From Octopus bimaculoides (taxonomy: Eukaryota): a stretch of 63,808 nt of DNA. The notes below the pieces were generated by a model. The model ran no database searches, had not been told where the DNA came from, and worked only from the letters and a program-made list of their open reading frames with translations. The stretch spans positions 91,074,540-91,138,347 of the forward strand of contig NC_068983.1 of assembly GCF_001194135.2 (NCBI RefSeq), read 5' to 3'. Of the stretch, positions 11,272 to 22,942 are shown in pieces; position 1 is the stretch's first letter, and the number at the start of each line of letters is the position of its first letter. Made by a program: the position numbers and the translations under genes.

Positions 11272-13172
11272 TATCATCATCATCATCCTCATTGTTTAAC
11301 GTCCGCTTTCCATGCTAGCATGGGTTGAACGATTTGACTGAGGACTGGTGAACCAGGTGGCTACACCAGGCTCCAATCTGATTTGGCAGAGTTTCTACAG
11401 CTGGATGCCCTTCCTAACGCCAACTACTCCGAGAGTGTAGTGGGTGCTTTTACGTGCCACCGGCACGAAGGCCAATCAGGTGGTACTGGCAACGGCCACG
11501 CTCAAAATGGTGTATTTTACATGCCACCTGCACAGGAGCCAATCCAGCAGCACTGGCATGATCTCGCTCAAATGTCTTTACACATGCCATCGGCACAAGT
11601 GCCAGGATGGTGACGTTGGTAACGATCACGCTCAAATGGTGCTATTTACGTGCCACCAGCATGGACGCCAGACAGCTGCTTTGGCAACGATCACACTTGG
11701 ACGGTGCTCTTAGTGCTCCACTGGTACAGATGCCATCACAATTTCGCTTTCGCTTGCCCCAACAGGTCTTCGCAAACCGAGTTTAGTGTTCAATGAAAGA
11801 GATGTTGGCATAGGTGCCAGTCTACAGATTTAGTTCAATTTCGATTTCCCTTGCCTCAACAGGTCTTCGCAAGCAGAGTTTAGTGTCCAATGATACGCGT
11901 AAGTGGGCTGGCTACATCCCTGGAAGAGGCCTTGGATTTTGGTCTCACTTGGCTTGCTGGGTCTTCTCACGCACAGCATATTTCCAAAGGTCTCAGTCAC
12001 AAGTCATTGCCTTGGTGAGGCCTAACGTTCGAAGGTTGTGTTTCACCACCTCATCCCAGGTCTTCCTGGGCCTGCCTCTTCCAAGGATTCTCTCAACTGC
12101 TAGGGTGTGGCACTTTTTCACACAGCTATCCTCATCCATTCTCGCCACATCTCCATACCAGCCCAATTGACTCTCTTGCACACCACAACTGATGCTTCTT
12201 AGGTTCCACTTTTCCCTCAAGATATTTACACTCTGTCAGATATGCACAGTGACATTACTCATCCATCGGATCATACTGGCTTCATTCCTTGTGAGCTTAC
12301 ACATGCCCTCAGCAGTCACGGCCCATGTTTCACTGCCATGTAGCATGGCTGTTCGTACACATGTGTCATACAGTCTGCTTTTACTCTGAGAGAGAGGCCC
12401 TTTGTCGCCAGCAGAGGTAAGAGCTCTCTAAACTTTGCCCAGGCTATTCTTATTCTAGAAGCTACACTTTCAGCGCACCCTCCCCCACTATTAATTTGGT
12501 AACCCAGATAGCGGAAGCTATCAACTACGTCCAGTTTTTCTCCCTGGAATGTGACAGAAGTTGTTTTCTGCACATTTTCAGTGTTTATTGCACCTGAAAA
12601 TCTGCCGCATACAAGAACTAACTTCTTAGTTAACCTGCCTTTGATATTGCTGCACCTCTTATGTGTCCATAGCTTGCACTGGGTACATCTTATAGAGTTT
12701 CTACCTATGCCTTTTCTACAGATCGAGCAGGGCCATCTACCTGAAGGGGTCTGTGTTTTGTCTACCTTCCTACTTATTAGGACTTTGGTTTTAGCTAAGT
12801 TGACTAAGGCCCTTCAATTCTAGTCCCTGCTTCCACACCTGAAACTTCTCTTCTAGTTCTGATAGTGACTCGGCAATTAGTGGAAGGTCATCAGCATAGA
12901 GGAGCTCCCAGAAGCATCCTGTCTTGAATTCCTCTGTTATCACCCGGAGGACTATGATAAATAGGAGGGGGCTGAGGACAGAACCTTGGTGGACCCCTAC
13001 CTCTACCCGGAATTCTTCACTGTACTCATTGCCAACCCTCACCTTACTGACAGCGTCTCTGTACATGGCTCGTACAGCTCTCACTAGCCATTCTTCTATC
13101 CCTAGTTTCCTCATTGACCACCAGATAAGGGATCAGGGGACCCTGTCAAAGGCTTTCTCCATGTCAACGAAA
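11272..13172 (-). mobile_element. 5'-truncated RTE-clade LINE (RT C-terminal half, repetitive 3' UTR, (GAT)n tail)
   Basis: DMEKAFDRVP, GVHQGSVLSPLLFII, ELLYADDL, DSFRYLG motifs; same family as 22943-27309. Confidence 0.95.
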
Positions 13173-13179
13173 GCCATAT

Positions 13180-13376
13180 GCCTGTGGGCCCACAAGGACA
13201 GACAAACGGATTAAGTCAATTCTGTCGACCCCAGTGCGTAACTGGTACTTATTTAATCGACCCCAAAAGCATGAAAGGCAAAATCGACCTTGGCGGAATT
13301 TGAACTCAGAATGTAGTGACAGACGAAATACCACTAAGCATTTCACCCAGTGTGCTAATGTTTCTGCTAGCTCGCT
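13180..13376 (-). mobile_element. tRNA-derived SINE, family B (GCGAGCTGGCAGAA head)
   Basis: B-box-like GAGTTCAAATTCC; homologous to 42508-42721. Confidence 0.85.
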
Positions 13377-13499
13377 GTGTGTGTGTATGTGTGTGTATTA
13401 AACCAGGGTATTTTGGATAAAACTATCCCTATAACAGGTTTAAATGTCCTCATAGTGAATAATAATAAAACTAATTTATTACATACGTAATAAATAAGA

Positions 13500-16400
13500 T
13501 TACACTGGGAAAATGGAGAAGATAGAAATGGTTGTATCTTTAAAGGACATACCAATTCCACCTAAGAACGAGTACATAAAAGATCTAATTACAAAAACTA
13601 CAGAATTGATCCATAGACTCAGATGGAAAGCCTTTCACTTTCACAGGAAGTTGGATAATAAAATGACAACTACAGACAAGAAGACAGAACAACAAAGGAA
13701 AAATTTTAAAACTAGGAAATTCCTGCCACCTAATCATCATCTTGAATCATTTGAAGATGAACTGTGGATTATAGTAAAAACCATTAAGTTTCAGAAATAT
13801 TCACTTAGAAGGAATTTACATTTAAGGAAACTTAAATCTTAAATCCTGGAACTCAAATGAAAAATTGGAATTATAGTACAACTCAGATAAGACGGGAAAT
13901 CTCTACAATTTAAACATTGATAAGTACCATGAACTTCTTATGAATGAAATTACAAAGAACTATAAAGTAGTAAATAGGACTGTATTAATAAGATTGATTA
14001 ACTTGGAATCTAAGAAAATAATGTCGGAATATAGAATTGATGATAAGACTGAACCATTTATTCCTAAAAGACCTCAAATCACTTTGAAGGACCATAAAGA
14101 AAGTTTCTAAACTAACCCTAAAGTTAGACTAATATGCCCCAGAAAATCTGACATAGGTATATTAAGTAAAAAATATCTTAGATAAATACATACCTATATG
14201 TAAGAAAAAGATTAAATTATAACTTTGGGCAAGCACCCAAGAAGCAATAGGCTGGTTCAACAGTATTGTTAACAAATATAAATTTTAATTTTTACAAGTG
14301 GATATTGACAACTATTATTCCTCTATTAATGCTATAATACTAAATAAGGCTCTTATTTTCGCTAAAAATTACACTTAGACATGAAAGAAATTAATGTTAT
14401 TTTAACAGGTAGAAAATCAGTAATTAAGTTTGATAATGAAGATTGGGGTAGAAAGGATTCCTATAATTCATTTGACATAACCATGGGATTCTCAGATTCT
14501 GCCCAGATAATGGAACTAGAAGGCATGTACATTCTATATAACTTAAATAATGAATTTCTTGAAATTATGGGCGGATTATTTAGGGATGATGCACTGTTTC
14601 TAATTAAAAACCCAGGAAATTGGAACTATATAAAATTTAAAAATTGCATAAATTCTTTAAAAATTACGGTCTTTCTATCTCTATTGAAAAAGAAAATAAC
14701 TCAGTCAATTCTTTAGATATTAACTTTAATCTTGCAACTGGTAGATATGAACCATATCATAAGCCTAATATGAATCTAAAATATATTAGTAACATAAGTA
14801 ATCATCCAAAATCAATAAAAAACACATTAATTAGAAACATAGAAAAGGGACTAACTTATCTGTCATATAATGAAGAGATCTTCTATAAAAATGCTAATTT
14901 CTGTAATAATGCACTTGAAAAAGCAGGATATAAGCATAAAATAAAATATTATAGGCCCAATGAATACATACTTAATGAAAATAGTGAAGATAAAATAAGG
15001 AGTAACCCAAATGTAATATATAACAAATGGACTGAAACTACAGATAATAATAAAATAGAGAAAGCATGGATAGAAAAATAAAAAATGATTATATAAATCC
15101 TATGATAAAAGGCCAAAGTTTTAAAAATATGAATAATAATAAAAAGATTGTAAAAATAAATACTAAAGTTGATTGTACACTCATGAAACCTGATACTAAA
15201 TATGATAATAATAAATATGAAAATAAAATATCTAGTAAAACAAAAATTAATAACATTAATGATAATACTTATAATTATAAATATAATATTAATAAAAAAA
15301 GATATACTCCTTGCATAAATTCTTATAAATTTAATATAGATTATAGTTGTCCAAGTAAAACCAATGCTTTGTGGTTTATTATCTTCTTTGCAAGTCAAAT
15401 CAAAAGCAACATAATTAAATCCATTTATTGATTAATTCATAAACATTTAAACAAGGATGATAGGTATAGTGAAATTATTAATTTTAAATCTATAAAAGTT
15501 GGTCATTTCTTATCAAAGAATCTTTTTGGATGATATCCTCAATTAATAATCGAAAATTAGATATTTGTTATAACAATAAAAATTTAAGTAACAATGATGT
15601 TAAGGTAATTCATAATAATAGAAAGGAAATAATGCACACTGACTCCCTTTCTAACCCAAATAATATGAATAATAATATTAATGATGAAAATGAAAATAAT
15701 AGAAACAAGAGCACACAGAGAGTGCAAACCTCCACCAAGGTAACACCAATGTCCTCTCAATGATTAGCCAAAAATGATTTTTAAAATGAGAATATCTGAA
15801 ATAAATTTGACTGCTCTCACAAATGAGAGTATTAAAAATGAACCCAACCGCTCTCAAAAATTAAGTAAAAAAAACAGAAAAATAATCCAGAATCCTTGTC
15901 CGGTACCGGATCGATCCCAAAATCTAATCAGTTCATGCCAGTCATGAGGCCAAACATCCCTGAAAGTTTCATCCGAATCCATCCTGCAGTTCTTGAGATA
16001 CCTTGTCCACAGGCAAACAAACAAACAAACACGACTGAAAACAATACTGCCGCCTTCACTAAGGCAGAGGTAATAATAAATGTAAGAATTGTATAAATAA
16101 TGATGTTAATAAAAATTGTGATTGCAGGATTAAAGCAAATTATAAACAAGATAACCTGGTATATAGGTGTGTAGTTGAATTTGAAGGGAAGGAATACCAT
16201 TACATAGGTTCAACCGAAACTCAATTCAAATGAAGAATTGCAAACCGTGAGAGTTGTTTTAGAAATAAGCATAAAGTCAATAATACTAGTCTCAGTACAT
16301 TTATATGGATGTTAAAAGATAATGGGAAACATTATAAGATTAAATGGGAGGTTATAAGCCATGCCAGAGCTTATCAAATTTCAGATAGTAGATGTAAATT

Positions 16401-16530
16401 ATTATGTACAGAAGAAATTTTTCAAATAATAAAATCTAAACATAGATTGATTAACTCTAAGAAAGAAAACATTCTAGCTTGTTGTCACTACTCAAAGTAT
16501 GTTTTTAGAAAATTTAATAAATAAATAATA
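13500..16530 (+). mobile_element. Near full-length decayed Penelope-like element (RT, Asn-rich linker, GIY-YIG)
   Basis: IHRLRWKAFHF, ITMGFSDSAQIMEL, GGLFRDDAL, PYHKPNMNLKYISNISNHPKSIK (RT); YHYIGSTETQFK..STFIWMLKD..IKWEVISHARAYQ..CKLLCTEEIFQI..CCHYSK (endonuclease); multiple frameshifts. Confidence 0.92.
15780..16078 (+). mobile_element. Short non-autonomous repeat with (AAAC)n and imperfect terminal stem-loop, inserted in the Penelope linker
   Basis: Compositionally distinct segment ending ...CTGCCGCCTTCACTAAGGCAGAGGTAATAA; architecture resembles DINE/HINE (Helentron-derived) elements. Confidence 0.5.
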
Positions 16531-16726
16531 AAACTAAACATTAGAAATACAAGCATAATATATAATAAGCATAAAATAAATAATATCTAATTAACTCAGG
16601 AAGAGTGAAGATTTTAACTTGTTGGAATTAACCTAAGTATATTTTAGAAAATTTAATAAATAAAAATTAAACTGAACAATGATATAAATATAATATAAGT
16701 ATAACTTAATTTACAAATCAAACATA

Positions 16727-17790
16727 TGAGGATGGGAAGAAAAGTTCATAGGCTGACCACAATGCAATGGTTGAACATGTCCAAATGTTTTATTTTTCGA
16801 CATAGTCTCCCCTGCGGTCCATACACTTCTTCTATCGGTGTTGCAGCACTTGGATTCCCATGGTATAGAAACTCTCACCCTAACCCTCAAAAAAGTTCTC
16901 AGCAGCAGATATGACCTCGTCATCAGTCTGATACTGCTTCCCATCCATGTGTTTTTTCATGTTGGAGAACAGAAAATAGTCACATGGTGCCAAATCTGGA
17001 GAATATGGATGGTGATCAATCAGTTCGAAGCCACAGTCATGCACAGCAGCCATTGTAACCACAGATTTGTGTGAAGGAGCATTGTCCTGGTGAAGTAGGA
17101 ACCCCTTCATCAGTTTTCCAGGGCCGTTTTGACTGGATTGCCTTTTACAGCTGCCTCAGCAAGTTGGCATAGTATTCTCCATTGATAGTATAGCCCTTCT
17201 GAAGGTAGTCAATGAACACAATGCTCTTTGCATCTCAAAGACAGAGCCCATCACCTTCCCTGCCAATGACACCACCTTGGCTTTCTTTGGTGGGGGAGAA
17301 GACAGGTATTTCCACTGCATGGACTGCCGTTTGGTCTCTGGCTCGAAGTGGTGAGCCCAAGATTCATCTTGGGTGAGGAAATATTCAAGAAAACCAGCTG
17401 GATTTGCTTCAAAAGGTGCCAATTTCACCTGCAACTGATCAAGCATCAAAAGTCATAGCACCCACCGACCAGAAACCTTCAACATGCCAAGTTCGTTATG
17501 CAGAATGTTCTCAACTCATTCACAGGAGACACCTACGGCATTAGCTATCTGATTAATATTTAAACATCTGTCATCCATCACCATGTGGTGAACACGGTCG
17601 ATATTTCCTTGGGTGGAGGCTGTGGCAGAACGTCTACACCTTGGGTCATTTTCAAGACTCTCCCTACCCCTCTTGAATTCAGCTACCCACTTTTGCACAG
17701 TTGATAAAGCTAGAGCATCAGACCCTAATGTAGGAACCACATCAGCATGAATGTCCTTGGGGGCTAACCCTTTTTTCTATACTCAAAATA
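16727..17790 (-). mobile_element. Mariner transposon remnant (DD34D)
   Basis: LSTVQKWVAEFKRGRESLENDPR (HTH), LTQDESWAHHFEPETKRQSMQW, LLHQDNAPSH, HPYSPDLAPCDYFLF; TIR-like end after TA at 16725-16726; frameshifted. Confidence 0.95.
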
Positions 17791-17875
17791 CAAACTTATA
17801 CTATCATATATGTTCTGCAATTTAAATTGGGTGGGAAGTGAATCTCTACATCTTCAAACTTATTAAAAATATATA

Positions 17876-18910
17876 TAGGAGTGGCTGTGTGGTAAGCAGG
17901 CGCAGGAGTGGCTGTGTGGCAAGTAGGCGCAGGAGTGGCTGTGTAGTAAGTAGCTTGCTTACCAACCACATGGTTCTGGGTTCAGTCCTACTGCGTGGCA
18001 CCTTGGGCAAGTGTCCTCTACTATAGCCACGGGCCGACCAAAGCTTTGTGAGTGGATTTGGTAGACAGAAACTGAAAGAAGCCTGTCGTATCATCATCAT
18101 CATCGTTTAACGTTCGCTTTCCATGCTAGCATGGGTTGGACCATTTGACTGAGGACTGGCAAGCCAGAAGGCTGCACCAGGCTCCAATCTGATCTGGTAG
18201 AGTTTCTACAGCTGGATGCCCTTCCTAACGCCAACCACTCCNNNNNNNNNNNNNNNNNNNNNNNNNNNNNNNNNNNNNNNNNNNNNNNNNNNNNNNNNNN
18301 NNNNNNNNNNNNNNNNNNNNNNNNNNNNNNNNNNNNNNNNNNNNNNCATGAGGGCCAGTCACACAGTACTGGCAACGGCCTTGCTCAAAATGTTTTTTTT
18401 TACATGCCACCTGCATGGGAACCAGTCCAGCAGCACTGGCAACAACCTCGCTCGAATGATTTTCTTACGTGCCACCAGCACAAGTGCTAGAAGGTGACGC
18501 TGGTAACGATTATGCTCAAATGGTGCTATTTACGGGCCACTAGTATGGAAGCCAGACAGCTGCTCTGGCAATGAACATGCTCGGATGGTGCTGTTAGTGC
18601 TCCATTGGCACAGGTGCCAGTCATCGAATATGGTTCAATTTCGATTTCATTTCGATTTCCATTTCAATATATATATATATATTTATATATATGTATATGT
18701 ATATGTTTGTGTGTCTGTGTTTGTCCCCCCAACATCACTTGACAACCGATGCTGGTGTGTTTACGTCCCCGCCAGTTAGCGGTTTGGCAAGAGAGCCCGA
18801 TAGAATAAGTACTAGGCTTACAAAAGAATAAGTCCTGGGGTCGATTTGCTTAACAAAAGGCAGTGCTCCAGCATGACCACAGTCAAATGACTGAAACAAA
18901 AGAATAAAAG
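17876..18910 (+). mobile_element. Family A SINE with triplicated 5' head, split by an RTE 3' fragment (18092-18660, minus)
   Basis: SINE head 17876-18091 and SINE tail 18668-18910 are collinear with 48620-49030; the intervening sequence is the (CAT)n-tailed RTE 3' UTR. Confidence 0.88.
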
Positions 18911-18959
18911 AATATATTTCTTATGAGACAACTTGGTGAGAGACACAGACCAAATTTGT

Positions 18960-20215
18960 GGGTGGTGCAAAGTCCCATTCAGACCTAGGGTGACATGGTG
19001 GTGGAACAATGTAGTTGACAGGGTCATTAAAGCAAAGAAACAGGTTTGAAAGGACTGGAAGTGTGGCAGTAGCAAGGAGCTACATCAGACAGCTAGAAGG
19101 GAAGCGAGGAAGTAGGTATACTTAGCCAAAGGTGAAGCAGAAAGGAAGAAGTTTACCAATGCTCTGCAGAATGAGGACCAGCAGCTTGAAGTGTTTCAGT
19201 TTGCAAGACAGTGTGCCAGGGAAAATTGTGATGATGCTGGAGAAGAGTGTGTTCACATTGATGATGGTTCACTTGCAGTTAGTGACTCTGCAAAGATAGA
19301 GGCTTGGAAGTGCCACTGTGAAAGACTACTAAATGTAGAGAAATCATGGGAGAAGGCAAGTCTGCCAAACATGGATCCAACAGAGGGACCAACAATCTAA
19401 ATAAATAGTAGGGTGGGAGACAAATCTATGAAGGATATGAAGATGGGGAAAGCCTCTGGCCCATCAAGAATCACTACTGAGATGCTTAAAATATCTGATG
19501 ATGCGAGTTATGGTCTAGTCATATGTATAGTTAATCAGTTGATACATGAAGGAGTCATATCCAATGACTAGTGGAGCAGCACCATAGTCAATTGCTACAA
19601 AAGTAAAGGTGACATCTTAGACAGAGATAATTACAAAGTTTTCAAATTGCTGGATCAGGTGATGAAAGTTATGGAGAGTGCAATAAACACTAGAAATGTA
19701 CAGAAAATGGACTCCACCAAATGCCAGGGGGGATACTTAGAAGTAGTTGATAGCTTCTGTTATCTAGGTGACCAAGTCAGCAAATGGAGGAGGATGCTTC
19801 AAGAGCATAGCTGTGAGAATAAAAATAGGCTGGGCAAAGTTCAGAGATTTTCTACCTCTGTTGGTAACAAAAGGCCTTTCCCTCAGAATGAAAGACAAAC
19901 TGTATGATGCCTATGTGTGAACAGCCATGCTCCACAACAGTGAAATATGGGCTGTGACTGCCAAGGACATGCAAAGGCTTGAAAGAAATGAAGCTAGTAT
20001 GCTTCACTGGATGTCAGAGTGCATGTACTACAAAGCATGTCTTGAGAGAAAAACTGGACATAAGAGGCATCAGATATGATGCACAAGAGAAACGACTGTG
20101 CTGGTATGGTCATGTGATGTGTATGAGGACAGCTGTGTAAAGAAGTGCTGATCTCTAACTGTGGAGGGAATGCTGTGCTTGAGAAAACTTATCAAGTGAA
20201 ATCATAGTCATAGCC
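18960..20215 (+). mobile_element. Internally deleted RTE-clade LINE fragment
   Basis: AKIEAWKCHCERLLNVE..LPNMDPTEGP, LLDQVMKVMES joined directly to YLEVVDSFCYLGD (RT core deleted). Confidence 0.88.
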
Positions 20216-20228
20216 TTTTATATCCTGG

Positions 20229-22942
20229 TGTTGGATAAATAATTTAATGAAGCAGGGGGAAAGAAGTATTTACATGATGCACTATAATTACTATTACATA
20301 AAGTTAAACGCACTCTGCCAATGGCTCACAGTGAACTGCTTGCAGTTCTTTATTTTATAGCAATGTGTTAGTTCACTTTTAGTCACTTGGGGGTGGTCGG
20401 AATCCTTCCACAACATCTTCCCTTTTTAGAATTAGTCTCCCCTAATTTCTCCCCTTTTGAGAATTAAACTCCACTCAGAGTTTTAATATCTCTTACACTT
20501 AGGGTTCAGTTCCTGTGTTCCTGTTCTTTTCCATTTTCTGGTGCCAGAATGTGTAGTTTCAAATTGTTTGGATGTTGGTACCTCAAACATGTACAATATT
20601 TCCATGGGGATTTCATTTCTCATGACTGTTTTTCCACGAATCTTTTTTTAAGTTGGTTAATATTTCTTTTGTATTTGACATTATTTCCTTTTACCAGGAA
20701 TAACATTCTTCCAATTTGTTTAATAATTACACTGTCCTCCCAGCTATCTTTACCATATCTATAGGGTTAAAAAAAACTTTATCACCTAACTTGAAGAATT
20801 CTGAAGTATATTTGTTGTTTGCCTTTTTTTCTATTTTCACTTGGTATCAACTTATCAAAGATGGATCTGATCTTTCTAGCAAACATCAATTCCACAGGTA
20901 ACATTCCAGATGGGGTATTTGGATTAGGTGTTACTTGGTACACTCTTAGAAATTGTTGAAGTGCAAGGTCCTCCATTACATCATTGTTCGCCTCTTTTAA
21001 GGCTCTCTTGAAAGTGTCAACAAAACACTCTGCTGGTCCATTTGACCTAGGATGGTACAGCAGAGTGGTCACATGTTCTATAACAAACCATTTACAAAAT
21101 TTTCTGAACTTGTCTGAAATCAATTGAGTTCCATTATCAGATTCAATGGTATCAGGAATACTATATCTGGCAAATAATTCATGTAAAAAACTTACTGTAA
21201 CTGCAAGTGTCGGCTTTTTACACTTATGCACTTCGGGCCACTTTGGAAAACTGTCGAACCCTTAAGTGGGCCTGCATAATCAACATGCAGTTTTGACCAT
21301 GGAATATCTGTTTTTGATCATGGTTGCCATTTAGTGGTAGGTGCTTTTGCAGCTAGGGCACAACCTCTGCATGCTTTCACTATTTCTTCAATGTCACAGT
21401 CCATTGTTGGTCAATATACATAACTTCGCATTAGCGATTTCATTCTCGAAATTCCCGGGTGGCCAATGTGAAATTCCTTCAGTAATCGTTTGTAGAGTGG
21501 CTGGCACTACAACTCTTTGTATGTACATCAACACATTGAGAATGTGTTTGAATTTGTGTTGCGTTCAGAAAAACGTATATTTTTATCTCTTTTAGTCCTC
21601 CGCATTTCTTTCATTTTTTTAATGAATTGATCATTTTCCACTTTTAATTTTGTGTCTTGTAATGTAACTGGCAGTTCATGTATGACATTACACAAAACAT
21701 TTTTAATTTCATTTTCAGCTTGCAATGCAGCACTCACAGTATCTTCAAATGGTTCAGCATTTTTTTAAATCAGTCATGATAGACAATCAGCATGTCCTAC
21801 TTTCTTAGATGGTTTATTCTCCATCTTAAAATCATAGTTTAGTAATATAGTATCCCAGTGTTGCAACTGATTAGCAGTATGGATAGGGATTCCTTTCTTT
21901 GAGCCATGTATAATTAATAACGGATGATGATCAGTCTATAGTCAAAAATTTACTGTGTAAATATCTATGAAATTTTTGTACAGTAAAAATAATCACAAGA
22001 GTCTCTTCGATTTAGCTGTAAGCAAATATGGGGCACGAACCACCACCTTCATGTTACCATCTTTATACTTATACAGCATTACTGCTCCAATACCATGCTC
22101 AGAGGCGTCTGAAGCTACTACTATCTCCATTGCAGGATCGAAATGTGCAAATCAGATGTTCATATTTTTAAAATTTTGTTGACAACTTTCAGACCAACTC
22201 CACTTTACATCTTTTTTAATGGAGTTCTTACCTTATGCATATTGGTGTATATAATTTTAGTAATAGTTTGCCACACCCAAAAAAGCTTGTCAGGTAGATA
22301 TATTTGCTGAAGGGGGCATATTGTTAATCACATTTGCCCTCAACGGATCTGGTCAACATCCATTTTTGTCAATGATTTACCCTAAATATTTTGTTTTAGG
22401 TAAGAAGAATTCACACTTCTCACTCAAAGTAAAGCCATAATCCCTTATTTTTCCTAACACATATTTTACATGCTGTACATGTTGGTCCCAGGATTTGCTT
22501 TAATGAGTATGTCATCCAGGTAAGCTATTGCAAGATCCAAGCCTGCAAGCATAGTGTCCATGACTTGTTGGAAAATGCCTGGTGCTACCTCTATACCAAA
22601 AGGAAGTCTATTGAATTTATATAATCCTCTATGAGTGTTTATTGCTAATAGTTTTGAACACTCCTGCTCAACTTGTACCAGCAGGTATACTTCAGATAGA
22701 TCCAACTTAGAAAAAAATTTTCCTCCATTCAACTTTGCGAAAATTCCTTCCAGACTTTGTGGCAGGTAATTATGTATCATCAAATATTCCTTTAAACCAG
22801 TTGAAAAATCCGCGCATGCATGGATTTTATTGTTTTTGTTTTCTTGACGTAAACTGTTGGGGATGCCCATTCAGCATAATCAATCTTTTTTAATAACTCC
22901 ATGCTTTTCAAGTCTATCTAATTCTTCATTGTTTTAATGCTG
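20229..22942 (-). mobile_element. Gypsy (Mag-type) retrotransposon, 3' part: RT, RNase H, integrase, PPT, 3' LTR 20229-20415
   Basis: FSKLDLSEVYLLV, NRLPFGIEVAPGIFQQVMD, IAYLDDILI (RT); PDTIESDNGTQL, YHPRSNGPAECFVDTFKRAL (integrase); LTR TGTTG...CAACA preceded on minus by purine tract AAAAAGGGAAGA. Confidence 0.92.

Noticed and set aside
11440-11720. Regularly spaced repeats resembling a CRISPR array, also 59620-59750 and 44930-45030
   Set aside because: Eukaryotic DNA; the units are diverged tandem duplications without unique spacers, and there are no cas genes.
12551-13214. Plus-strand ORFs overlapping the RTE elements, also 23510-24824 and 26117-26458
   Set aside because: Antisense shadows of the RTE coding frame.
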